A DNA stretch of 64,000 bases from positions 1,753,513 through 1,817,512 of the forward strand of contig MU057989.1 of NCBI GenBank assembly GCA_013265495.1, in the 5' to 3' direction. The DNA comes from Vicugna vicugna. Its lineage: Eukaryota. The position numbers were made by a program, and so were the translations under genes. This document shows, piece after piece, positions 36,735 to 49,085 of the stretch; position 1 is the first letter of the stretch; each line of letters starts with the position of its first letter. The notes beneath the pieces were generated by a model. That model did no database searches and was not told where the DNA came from. It was given only the letters and a program-made list of their open reading frames with translations.

Positions 36735-38285
36735 ATTTTTTTCCAGATTTATTGAGATACTGACATATAACATGTCAGTTTAAGGTGTACAATGTGATGA
36801 TTTAACACATGTATATGTTGCGAAATGATTCCATAATAAGGTGAGTTAACACCTCCATCCCCTCACATAATTGCATGTCTGTGTGCGTAGTGATAACATT
36901 TAAGATTGACTCTCTTAACTTTCAAGTGTATAACAGAATATTGTTAATTATAGTCACGATGCTGTACACTATATCCCCAGAACTTATTTATCTTATAACT
37001 GGGAGTTTGTACCCTCTGACTGACATCTTTCTTGTTCCCCTCACCCCACTCCCAGCCCTTGGCAATCATCATTCTAATCTATTTCTGAGTTCAGCTTTTT
37101 TAGACTTTGCATATAAGTGAGAACATACAGTATTTGTCTTTCTCTCTCTGACCTATCTCACTTAGCATAATGTCCTCAAGGTCCATCTATATTGTCCCAA
37201 GAGACAAGACTTTCCTTTTTAATACTGAATCATTTTCCATCACATTTTCTTTATCCACTCATCTGTTGACAGACACTGAGGTTGCTTCCACGTCTCGGCT
37301 ATTGTGGACAGTGCTGCAGTGAACATGGAGGTGCAGATCTCGTTGAGAACCTGGTTCCATTTCCTTCAGATATACGCCCAGAAGTGGGGTTGCTGGATCA
37401 TATGGTAGTTCTATTTCTAATTTTTTGAGGAAACGCCATAAAGTTTTCCATAGTGGCTGTAACAATTTGCATTCCCACCAACAGTGCACAAGGGTTCCCT
37501 TTTCTCCACATCCTCCCCAACACTTGTTATCACTTGTCTTTTTGATGATAGCTTTCTAACAGGTGTGAGGAGGTATCTCATTCTGGTTTTGATTTGCATT
37601 TCCCTGATGATTAGTGATGTTGAGCATCTCTTCTCATGCACCTGTTTGCCCATTTATGTGTTTTCTTTGGAAAAGAGGTCTATTCAAGTCCTTCATCCAT
37701 TTTTTAATCAGATTGTTTATTTTTGTGCTATTGAGCTGTATCAGTCCCTTACATTTTGGATATTAATTCCTTATAAGAGAGATGGTTTTCTTACATTCTG
37801 TAGGCTGCCTTTTCATTTTGCTGATTTTTTTTTTTTGCTATGCAGAAGCTCTTTAGTTTGACGTAACTCCATTTATTTATTTTTTATTTTGTTATCTGTG
37901 CTTTGGTGTCATATCCCAAAAAATCACTTCCATGACCAATGTCAAGGAGTTTTCTTCTAAAGGATTTTAAAGTTTCAGGTCTTACATTTAAGTCTTTAAT
38001 GCATTCTGAGATAATTTTTGTCAATAATGTAAAATAGAGTCCAATTTCATTCTCCGGCATGTGGTTATCGAGTTTTCCCAACACCAGTTACTGAAGAGGC
38101 TATCATTGCCCTACTGAGTATTATTGGCACCCTTGTCAAATATTAGTTGACCTTATATAAGTGTGGGTTTATTTCTGGGCTCTCAATTCTGTTCCATTGG
38201 TCTATGTCTCTATGATTATGCCAGTACCATACTGTTTTCATTACTACAGCTTTGTAATATAGTTTGAAATCAGGAATTGTGATGC
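36735..38285 (-). mobile_element. Older L1 (L1MA-like) 3' portion
   Basis: Minus-strand remnants [23 protein letters not shown] and [25 protein letters not shown]. Confidence 0.9.
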
Positions 38286-39494
38286 ATGAAAAGAAGTATT
38301 GCAAGAAAAATACATTAAAGAGAAACCTTAGATTTATTGGAAATATTCTTACCAATCCTATCTTTTTAAAATATTATAATGTTCCTCCTCAAATAATTAC
38401 ATTAGGTCATTGCTTTAGTTAGGCTGATCTGCGTAGTACTTAAAGATTTAGTGTTTCTCTTTTGCAAAAATCTGAGCAAATATTTTGACTAATACTCTGC
38501 ATAAATTACAAAGATATTTTGAAGAAAAAAAAGATCAGTGGAATTTAACTGACAGAATTCTATGAGAATTCCAAATGGTGAAAGGTTACTTCACATATAA
38601 TAATGTGATACAATTTAAAGAAAATAGTTACTAAACCCTAGAGATTCAAAACCAGAAAATGACAAAGAATTTTGAAATTAATCCAAAGAAATTAACTCTC
38701 AGATGATTATTTGTCGTTTGGCCAAAAGTTAATAAATTAATTAATTAAAACATCAAATAAAATATCTCAATATGTATTATATCTCAATAATCATTATAAT
38801 TTGTGATTTTACTTATTTATTTTAGAGGAAAAGCTGGGATAAAGAAAGGAGGATTTTATGAGGCCACATTCTTCATCCAAAAATTCCTTTACCAATTTTA
38901 TTATTAGTCAATTTAGTAGTTCAAATATTTATCTCTCCATTCAGTTTGTTACTCCCTAGATATTCCTGCCTATTTGAAATTCTCACCTGGTAGCCTCACC
39001 AAGGACAACATGACAAGCACGGTGAAAAAACCAAGGTCAGGAAATTCTCAGCTCACAAAGATAAATGAGACTTAGTACCTGTTCCTAGGACAGCAACAGT
39101 CACAAAAGGGAACTGAAACAGCTGCACAGCCGACTACTAACTACATGATTCCAGATCGAATGTCACCTGTATTTTAAAAGAAGTAGAATGAAAATCAGAA
39201 GGGACTTCCTAAGATGGGTAAGCTCATTTTCCAAAACAAACTTAACAAAACGATAACAGCGAACCAATATTGAGAGTTACTATCCATCATGTACCATGAC
39301 TAACATGCATTATCTTATTTATTTCTCACAACAACTCAATGAGTTGTTTAAAAAAAAAGTTGTTTCTATTATTATCTTCATTTTTCAGAGGAAGAAAACA
39401 CCTAGTCTTTTGAAGTAGACACTCTGCTCAGGAGACATTCTTTTCCTATCCAAAGACAGGATAGGGGGTGGAAACAACCTCTCACATGGTTTAC

Positions 39495-40340
39495 CACTCT
39501 GCTGTCCAAAATGGTAGCCCAAGGCACATGTGGTTATTAAACACTCAAAATGTGACTCTTTTTTTTTGTAGTTTAAATCATTATTTATTTTGTAAAATTG
39601 GCACTATGCTCTATAATTGGAGAATTACTTTTTTTAAACTTATCAAACTATCATGGATATCCTTTCATGTGAATATGAATGGATCTACCTCCTTCCATAG
39701 TATGTATGTAGCACCTTTAATTTAACTATATATATATATTTTTTAGTTTTCAGTTTTATTAGGTAGAATTGTTATAATTTGACTGCACATATACAACATA
39801 TTGCATGTAAATACATATACACAATATACTGCACACTTTAAAAATTTACATATATGTACTGTTCATTGTTCTAAGAACGTTTAGAGCTTTAGCTTTTAAA
39901 ACTTATATAGTTATCAAAGGAAAAAAGCCAACCACAAAATAAGAATCAATTCAAAAAAATACATACACCCCCGCTATTGACAGCAACATTCTTTATAAAT
40001 GTCAAGACATGGAAGTATCCTAAGTGCACATAAATAGACAAAAGGATAAAGAAGATGTAGCATATATATGTAATGAAAAAATGTGGCTGGTCTTAATGAA
40101 GATGTGCTGTAAGTGTAAAATACACACCAGATTTCAAAGAAAAAGAACGTAACAGATCTCATTAAGAGTTTTATATTGATTAGATGTTGAATTGGTAAAA
40201 TTTTTGATATACTGGGTTAAATAATGTATACTATAAAATCAATTCCATCTCTTTTGTTTTTTAAATGTTAAATGTGGCTATTAGAAAATTTAAAATTGCA
40301 TATCTGGCTTGCCTTATATTTCTACTGAACAGCACTGGTT
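39495..40340. mobile_element. MER3/MER33-like hAT MITE, interrupted at 39558-40077
   Basis: gctgtccaaaatggtagcc..cacatgtggttatt..gatgtgctgtaagtgtaaaatacacaccagatttc..atatttctactgaacagc. Confidence 0.7.
39558..40077 (-). mobile_element. 5'-truncated HAL1-like copy with ~180-bp 3' extension
   Basis: 39738-40075 is closely similar to 21417-21790; extra sequence and a second poly(T) at 39559-39567; approximate TSD aaaatgtgRct. Confidence 0.75.
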
Positions 40341-40485
40341 TAGAGTCGATAAAGGAAGGAATTACCAACCAAAACATAAATAACATCAACAACAATACTT
40401 TATGGTAGTGAGCCATGAGGAATTAAATGCCAGACAGAAGGAAGAATAAAGTGTTATTTTAACACTTAAATGAAAAAAATCCCAA

Positions 40486-43420
40486 GGGGAAGGGTATATA
40501 GTTCAGTGGTAGAGCACGTGTTTAGCATGCAGGAGGTCCTGGGTTCCATCCCCAGTACCGCCATTAAATAAATAAATAAATAAATAAACCTAATTATCTC
40601 CCACCCCTCCCCCAAATAAAAACAAGATCTTCATTAAAAAAAAATCTGCTTAGGAAGATTATAAAACAAACAAAAAAACCCAAAAGTACCTCCTCTGGGC
40701 CTAGAATCAATGACAACATAGCAACAAGAAGCACACCCAGCACACATCTTGGTTTCTAATGTCATTTACCTTGGACAAATGCAGGCGCAGAGATGGTACA
40801 GGATAAGCCTGGGCATCTTGCAACACCAGGAAGTATGGCAGTGCTCGGAAAACACAAAATACTGACTACTACATATAAAATAGATAAACAACAAGTTTCT
40901 GCTGTATAGCGCAGGGAACTATATTCACTCTCTTGTAGTAACCTATAATGAAAAAGAATATGAAAATGAATATATGTATGTACATGTATGACTGTAACAT
41001 CATGCTGTACCCAGAAATGGACACAACGTTGTAAACTGACTATACTTAAATTGAAAAAAACAAAACAAAACACAATGGGGCATATGAAAGGGACACAGGA
41101 ATCGGGGGAGGGTATAGTTCAGTGGTAAAGCATGTGTAAGCATGAGGTCCTGGGTTCAATCCCCAGTACCTCCATTTAAAATAAACAAATAAACCTAATT
41201 ACCTGCCTCCCCTATAAAAAAAAAGCTTGAGGGAGGAAAAAAAGGGACAGGGAAGCCAACTGAAGAGCTCCCAATAACCAAAGGTGGAACAATTTGAGCA
41301 ATAAAACAAATGTGTTAGGTTATAACCCAAAGTATAAAATAAATAGCCATGAGTCCATACTAATATAAATAAATGATTGAATGAATAAATGAATAGGGGC
41401 AAACAGACACATTTCCCATATAAAGAATGATGCGGATACAAACAATTCTGCACGGGGAGGGTATAGCTCAGTGGTAGAGTGAATGCCTAGCATGCACAGC
41501 GTCCTGGGTTCCATCCCCAATACCTCCACTCAAAACAAATAAATAAATAACTTAATTACCTTCCCCTCCCCCCAAAATAAATAAATAAAAATATGAAACT
41601 GTAAAAAAAATAAGTCTGCTCCTCAAAGAGATGGAGCATAAGGTCCTAACCCTTAAGTAGAGTCTGCACATAATGACTTCCTTCCAGAGAGAAAAGAATG
41701 GAAAGAATGGGAAGGGAGGGGGAAAATGAGCAACTTTCCAGGAGGAAAAACCTGACAAACATGACCACAGGCCAGAGAAGCCCAAGGAGACACAATGACT
41801 TAAACATAATGTGACATCCTGGATGGAATTCTAGGACGTTAGGTAAAAACTGAAGAAAACTGAATATAAAGTATGAACTTCAGGGCAGGAGAGTACAGCT
41901 TAGTGATAGAATGCACAGGGTCCTGGGTTCAATCCCCAATACCACCATTAAAAAATAAATAAATAAATAAACCTAATTACCTGCCCCCACAAAAAGGTGT
42001 TAGTCAGTTAATAATAATCTTTGGGAGTTCAAGAGTTGCAGATACTGATTGGTATATATAAAATACATAAACAAGTTTATACTGTATAGCACAGGGAAAT
42101 ATAGTCAATATCTTGTAGTAGCTCCCAGTGAAAAAGAATATGAAAATGAATATATATATTCATGTATGACTGAAGCAATGTGTTGTACACCAGAAACTGA
42201 CACAACATTGTAAACTGACTATACGTCAATAAAAAAAAAATCTATCAATATTAGCTAATTAGTTGTGACCAATGTACTATACTAATGTAAGTTCTTAATG
42301 GGTCAAAGAAGGCGAAGGGTATGGGAAAATTCTCTGGACTATCTCTACAACTTTTCTATAAACTTACAACTTTTAAAATAAAAAGTGTGTTTTGTTTATT
42401 TTTCTGTTTTTTGTTTTTAAAAAGGACCCCCTCTGGTTTGAAATCTTTCAAGTAGGTCGGGATCTTTATTCCCAGGTTCAAGTCCTCTCTAGCCTTTCTA
42501 TTCAGTGTGTTCACCTCTGAGCTTCTTAACAATACAGAATCTCAGGCCCAACCAAGGTGTACTAGTCAGGGTCCACCAGAGAAACAGAGAAACAGAGAAA
42601 CAGAACCAATAGGTGGCAAGTGTGTATGTGTAAGAACAATTATTAAAAGGAACTGCAGGGGGGAGGATATAGTACAGTGGTAGAGGGCATGTTTAGCATG
42701 CATGAGATCCTGGGTTCAATTCCCAGTACCTTCATTTAAAAAAAATAAGTAAGTAAATAAATCTAATTGCCTCCCTCGTCCAAAAAAGAATTGCAGTTCA
42801 TGCAATTATACAATTATGAAGGCTGACAAGTCCAAATCTGCAGTATGGGTGGGCAGCCTAGAGACCCATGGTGGAAATGAAGTCTGAAGGCAGTCAGCTA
42901 GAGAACTCTCCCTTGCTCAGAGGGTAGATCTCAGTTCTATTCAGGCCCTGGATTAACTGAACAAGGTCTACCCACACTACAGAGGCCAGTCTGCTCTACC
43001 CAGAGTTCACCAATTGAAATGTTAACCTCATCCAAAAACATCCTCCAAATTGACATATAACTATCACAAATACTGCGTTAACCACTTATACATGGAATCT
43101 AAAGAAAAAAACAAATGATTAGAATAAAACGGGGGCGGAGGGGCAAGAGAGGGCCAGGGGGTTAAGAGGTACAAACTATGTATAAAATAAGGCACAAGGT
43201 ATATTGTACAACACAGGGAATATAGGCAGTACATTATAACAACTTCAAATGGAGTATAATCTATAAAAATTTTTAAACACTATGTTGTATACCGGAAACT
43301 AATATATTGTAAACCGACTACACTCAATTTTAAAAAAAGTCAATGTAATTTACCTTATCAACAAATTAAAAATAAAAACCATATGGTGATTAAAAAAATT
43401 TTTTTAATTAACTGTCACAC
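40486..43420 (+). mobile_element. Nested repeat cluster: vic-1 SINEs (~40486, 41104, 41453, 41883, 42658), L1 3' ends (~40860-41070, 42020-42240, 43085-43340), an L1MC-like remnant and an MLT2-like LTR (~42558-43070)
   Basis: Repeated SINE heads, L1 3'UTR motifs and the LTR start tgtactagtcagggtccaccagagaaacag. Confidence 0.75.
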
Positions 43421-44669
43421 CACACCTGAAAAAGCTGAATTTGCACTTTAAAAGGAACTGCCTGGTGATTTCCAGCATTCAAGTTTAAGTGGAAACTTCA
43501 AGACTCCTGAAGGGCCAGAATCCTCCTCTAAGAGTTTAAAATCTGCATGATAATTTCAGTAACTCAGAAACAAGGCTTGATTCGTTTTAGCTTTAACCGA
43601 TAACCTTCCCAGTATTCACCGGTCTGAAGGTTAGCGATGCCTTCAGATACCGCCACCCTTCCCGTTGGACAAGGTGACCCTCACCAAGATCGAACTGATG
43701 ACTTGTGAGTCCCCCCAGTTACAGTGAGCCCCCAGGGGCATCTACCATTTCATCTCCAGGCCTTTACGACGCAGATAATCCGCCTATCTAGTCTGTGATC
43801 CTTAGAGATCTGCCCACCCCATCCCGCAAGGCATGGAGCCATCTTCTCCGTCCTCCACCTCAGGGTCAGCAAATGCTGGAGAGCCTGCCCAAACTAGACC
43901 TGTGGAGAAGAAATACGTACATCACACGATTCCACAGGGGGAAACCACATGAAAATGCTGATATTGGGTTACTCTGCCCTACAAAACCGGCAGTTTCATA
44001 GGACTCAGCAATATGTTCCTATCGACTGTTTTTCCTCCTCAAAAGACTAAAGTTAAAAAAAAAAAAAAAGCTACTCTAGGGACAAGATTCTGTCACGGGT
44101 AGTCCGGGCCAGGGTTGCTAATACACACGGCAATTTACTACAGTAACTGAGCGCCTAGGAACACCATCCATTCCAAGTTCGATCCACGCCCTCCCCTTAC
44201 TTAGACGCGATGGAAGCCCCCGCCGCGCGTCTCAAGGTTCTCGGTCACCCCCGCTCCCAGAGGGGCAGCCTCTGAGCTTTACAAGGGAGCGCAAGGGAGG
44301 GAACACGGTTGTCAAGTTCACCGGCGACCAGGCAAGGCTTCGAACCAGCGGGCCAGCTACGTAGGCGCCCTACGCGCCGCGGGAGCCGGGACCCTTGACC
44401 TCCACCGTCCCCTCTAACCCTTCGCGGAGACGCCCGAGCCCAAGATGGCGACGGGAGCGGAGTCGGAGTCTGAGGGGCGGGGCCTACAGGGGCGGCGCCG
44501 GCGGGGCGGAGTCTGAGCAGCCGTCCCTGGGCGGGGCCGCGTGACGCTACGTGGCCGCGGGGCGGTGCCAGCGGCCCTGCTCCGCCCGGCCTGCTCGGCT
44601 CGGGGGCTTCGGCTGTCGGGCCGGAGCTCTCTTTTTGGCGGGTCGGTCCCGCGGCTCCTCGGGGACATC

Positions 44670-44763
44670 ATGAAGTCCCCGGTTGCAGACCTGGCCCCGA
44701 CCGACGGCGAGGAGGGCTCATACCGCACGCCGCTCCTGCAGCGCGCTCCGCGGGCGGAAGCCG
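44670..44763 (+). CDS. SLC17A5: Sialin coding exon 1
   Basis: MKSPVADLAPTDGEEGSYRTPLLQRAPRAEA; 94 nt; donor CCG|gtgagc. Confidence 0.95.
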
Positions 44764-44977
44764 GTGAGCAGCGGCGCGAACGGTGGCTTTCGGGCGTGTG
44801 GCGGTCGCAGGGTAGGGGTGGGCAGAGCTGCTTAGGTGCGAAGGGACTCGAGCACTGGAAGCCCATTCAGGGTCCCCTCAGCCTCGCCTGCTCGGGTGCC
44901 TCGGGACCCGCTCTGGGGTCGAGGGGGCGGGCGGGACCGTGAGGCCTGGTGTGGCCGGGTGGACGCTCAGACGGGAC

Positions 44978-45092
44978 CTCGGCAGGTGCAGCCCGGAGTC
45001 CTTGGCAGGTGCAGCCCCTGGGACTCCGGCAGGTGTAGCCCCCGAGGCCCAGCAGGTGCAGCCACGGGGCCCGGCAGATGCAGCCCGCGGGC
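44978..45092 (+). repeat. ~23-bp GC-rich tandem repeat x5 (core gcaggtgcagcc)
   Basis: Five successive units are directly visible. Confidence 0.85.
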
Positions 45093-46099
45093 CCAGGCGG
45101 GGAGCTGCTGGGCGCTGCCAGCCCTGGGCCCCCGGCGGTTTTCGGTAGTATGGAGCGGGAGACCCTGTGGAAGGGCCGACTCGGGGGGAAACCTGCGGCT
45201 GAAGGGTAGAAGGCGGGGCGGAGCCATAGTCCTTCCCTCCCGGTCGCTGCCCGGTTGCTGTCACAGCTGCTCGTCCTCCAGCATGTGACCTGGTCGCCAG
45301 CTCCCTGGGCGTGGAAGGGAGACAGAAGCGGTCTGAGGTTAAGGTTTGTGAGTATGCGGAGGGAAATTATTGGATAACCCAGCGAATACCTTGAAATTGT
45401 GCAGTAAGATATTAAAAGTACTGCACACATTTTTTTTCCATCGTAGAATAGCTGTCTACGATTACGTCGTAGCAGTCTACAATTAAAGTTAGGAAATAGT
45501 TTGGTTATCCTCAGGATGGGATCTCTGTAGCTGTCTAAGGTAATTTGCCCAAGTCTTGCAACAAATAGAAAAGGAGGTACTTACAACGCATCTTCCCAGA
45601 ATTTGGGGAAATTAAAATATTGCTTTCTGATCCTTTTGTGATGGAACTTTTTAAAAAGAAATTAAAACCAAAGAATAAATCACTTTGCATGCATTCTATA
45701 GTTTCAAAGATGTGTACATGAGAAACAGAGTTGAATTAGAAATTTGACTTTTCCTGACCAAAACCAGTATAGTCCTGTTATCTTTTAAATTTGTTTTTTA
45801 ATATTACCAGGTGGTGGCAGTGCAGGTGGCAACATTATAGCTCCATATGGCAGCTGGGAGCTTATTTTTGTGGATCTCACTGTAAACACTGTACCATGGT
45901 GACGTTTTATCTGGAAGTCAGATTTAGTTCCATAAACTGACCTTTTCCTGTGACATGTGTGTTAGACTTCATAGCCATCTTCTGTAAAGTAACCTAGTGT
46001 AGAAACACAGAAACAAATACCGTAAGAAAGACTAGAGATTACTATATTCTGTTGCAATTAGGGAAAAATACATAAATATAATCAAATTTTAGCTTAAAT

Positions 46100-46940
46100 G
46101 TTAAACATCATTAGTTGTCAGAAAAGTGCAGATTAAAACTGCAGTGAGCCATTACAAACTTACTAGAATGGCTAAAATTTAAAAGGCTGAAGATGCCAAA
46201 TGTTGGCAAACATATGGAGTAACTAGAACTCTCATATTTTGCTCATGAGAGTGTGAAATGGTACAACTTCTTTGGAAAACTGGCAATTTACATTATAGGT
46301 AAACATATATTACCATAATACCACAATGTTTATAGCAGCTTTATTCATAATAGTGGAAAAAAATGAACTGGAAACAACTTATCCATCAGTTCATCAGCAG
46401 GTGAATGGATAAACAAATTGTAGTGTATCTACACATACTCAGTGATAAAAAGAAACTGCTGGGGGTGGAGGGTATACCTCAGTGGTAGAGCACATGCTTA
46501 GCAAGCAGGACGGTCTTGGGTTCAACCACCAATACCTCCATTAAAATACATACATACACACATATATACATAAACCTAATCCCCACCCCGCAAAAACCAC
46601 CCACAAAACGAACAGACAAAAAAGAAACTGCTGATACACATAACAACATGGGTGAATCTCAGATACAGGCTGAGCAAAAGAAACCACCGTATTGCTGTAT
46701 GATTCCATCAGAATGAAGTCCTAAACGAGTAAAACTTACCTGTAGTAACAGGAAGCAGATCAGTTGTTGCCTGGAAGCTACAGAGGGGCACTGGCTACTT
46801 TTTGGGGTGATGAGAAAGTTCTGCATCTTGATTAGGGTGCACAGATGTATACATTTGTCAAGGTTCACTGAACTGTACACTTGAAATAAGTGCATTTTAT
46901 TGCAGGTACAATATACTTCAGTAAAGCAGACTGAAAAAAA
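46100..46940 (+). mobile_element. Old L1M 3' fragment with a nested SINE (~46461-46625)
   Basis: aatgtttatagcagctttattcataatag..gaatggataaacaaattgtag..actgtacacttg. Confidence 0.7.
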
Positions 46941-47209
46941 AATTAACTCATTCCTTTTTAAAACAATCCCTGCCTGATTCATGGGTTGAGTGTATAGATC
47001 TTAGCCCTATTCCCTGTGATTTGAGGTGGCTGTCTTCATTGTAACCATTTCCCTTCTTAGTTTTGCTCTTTGTATACCCACTGGTGAGCAGAAGTGAAGA
47101 AAAGATGGCAGCAACACATTTTTGTTTTTTGCTATTTGAAATATGATAAAGATTTTAGAGAAGAGGAACCTATAGTTATAGGGTATTCCATTAGTGAACA
47201 ATATTTTCT

Positions 47210-47450
47210 CTTTTTTATTGAAGTACAGTTTACAATGCTGTGTCAATTTCTGGTGTACAGCGAAATGTTTCAGTCATACATACACATACATATATTCCTT
47301 TTCATATTCTTTTTCATTGTAGGTTACTACAAGATATTGAATATAGTTCCCTGTGCTATACAGAGAAAACTTGTTTATCTATTTTATATATAGTGTTAGT
47401 ATCTGCAATCTCCAACTCCCAATGTATCCCTTCCTACGCCCTTCCCCTCA
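47210..47450 (-). mobile_element. L1 3' end
   Basis: ttttttattgaagtacagtt..tcaatttctggtgtacagc. Confidence 0.85.
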
Positions 47451-48271
47451 ACAATATTTTAAATTAAGCTCTGTGTCTAGGGTCCTGTGGGCAGGGGAAC
47501 AAGAGAGGAACACTGGGAAAAGAGATGGAAAAGACAAAAGATGGGTTATAACAGCTTTATTTATAAGAGGCACCAGGGGTTAACTCATTTGCTCTCAGTG
47601 ATAATATCTACCATGTACATCTAATAGGAGAAACAAGATGACCCTTAGTTATATTTTTAATTTAAATTCTGTACGTTTATTTAGCACATTTCAGAAAGTG
47701 TGAGTGTTAAAAAAAAAAACAAAACACTTTCTATCTAGAATTAGTTTTTTCTAGTTTTGGTTCTGAAGGAGTAAATCTTTACCAGACGTTAAAACTTCTC
47801 TTTCCGAGTGTTTGTATATGTTTTATTTATCTTTTATGTTTGTTTCTGAAACAAACCCATACGAAATTAGCTGTACCTTAGCCATGCCTGTGTGTATAGT
47901 TTTGTTTTTTAGTAGAGAAAAGCTGATAAAATGTCGGTCATAAAATTTTACAGCCGTTAAAAGGCCTTAGAGACTAACTACCATCCGGTGGGCATCATTT
48001 TATATGTAAACAACTTAGAGCCAAAGAGGTTAAGTTCCCAAAGATTGCTGTAGCCACCTTAAGACCCAGCCAGCATTCTTTTGGATTTTAGCCACATCCT
48101 CCTTCCTGGTCACAGCACTGCCATGTCTGCATTCCATTTGAGAAATTCCCATTTACAAAATGCTTCTTCACTTTTGCTGAATCCTTCACAAATTTGAAAG
48201 TTCCCCACTCCATCAGGAATAAGAGGATGTTGCTTTACATTATGCGTAGTGCTACTTATAAGAGAGCTGAT

Positions 48272-49085
48272 TTTTATTTATTCATTTATTCATTCATTCA
48301 AATTGAAGTCTAGTCAGTTACAATACTGTGTCAATTTCTGGTGCACAGCATCATGTTTCAGTCATACATGTACATCTATATATTCCTTTTCATATTCTTC
48401 CTCATTATAGGTTACTACAAGAGACTGAATATAGCTCCCTGTGCTATACAGAAGAAACTTGTTGTTTATCTATTTTATATATAGTAACGTGTATTTGTAA
48501 ATCTCAAACTCCCAATTTATCCCTTCCCACACTCTTACCCCTTTGGTAACCATAAGTTTGTCTTCTATGTCTGTGAGTCTGTTTCTGTTTTATAAATAAA
48601 TTCATTTGTATGCTTTTTTTAAAAAAATTCCACATATAAGTGATACCATATGGTATTTTTTTTCTCTGTATGACTCACTTCACTTAGTACAAAAATCTCC
48701 CTGTCCATCCATGTTGCTGCAAATGGCATTATTTTATTCTCTTTTATGGCTATATATATAGACCACAACTTCTTTATCCAGTCTTCTGTCAGTGGACATT
48801 TAGGTTTCCATGTCTTGGCTATTGTAAACAGTGCTGCTGTGAACATGTAGCTTTTGAATTAGAGTTTTCTCCAGATACATGCCCAGGAATGGGATTGCTG
48901 GATCATAGGGTGTCTATTTTTAGTTTTTTTGAGGAATCTCCATACTGTTTTCCATAATGGCTGCACCAAACTACATTCCCACCAATGGAAGAGCTAATTC
49001 CAGGTCCATCCATGTTGCTGCAAATGGCATTATTTTATTCTTTTCTATGGCTGAGTAGTATTCCGTTGTATATATAGACCACAAC
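48272..49085 (-). mobile_element. L1 3' end plus a short adjacent L1 piece
   Basis: Same 3'UTR motifs; MFTAALFTIAKTWK remnant on the minus strand. Confidence 0.85.

Larger units (their letters stand above)
44100..45330. promoter_or_regulatory. SLC17A5 CpG-island promoter
   Basis: CpG-dense; GC boxes near 44474, 44503 and 44529; YY1-type caagatggcg at 44441; spans coding exon 1. Confidence 0.85.

Noticed and set aside
43623..43647. tctgaagg..ccttcaga hairpin
   Set aside because: An 8-bp stem is expected by chance in 64 kb.
34600..43899. Intact protein-coding gene from the antisense exon-like islands
   Set aside because: Multiple stops in every frame; phase continuity across joined exons is automatic and is not evidence.
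44445..44516. Strong-Kozak ATG opening a 23-codon ORF upstream of SLC17A5
   Set aside because: Coincides with a YY1-type motif and lies upstream of the GC boxes, so it is probably outside the mRNA.
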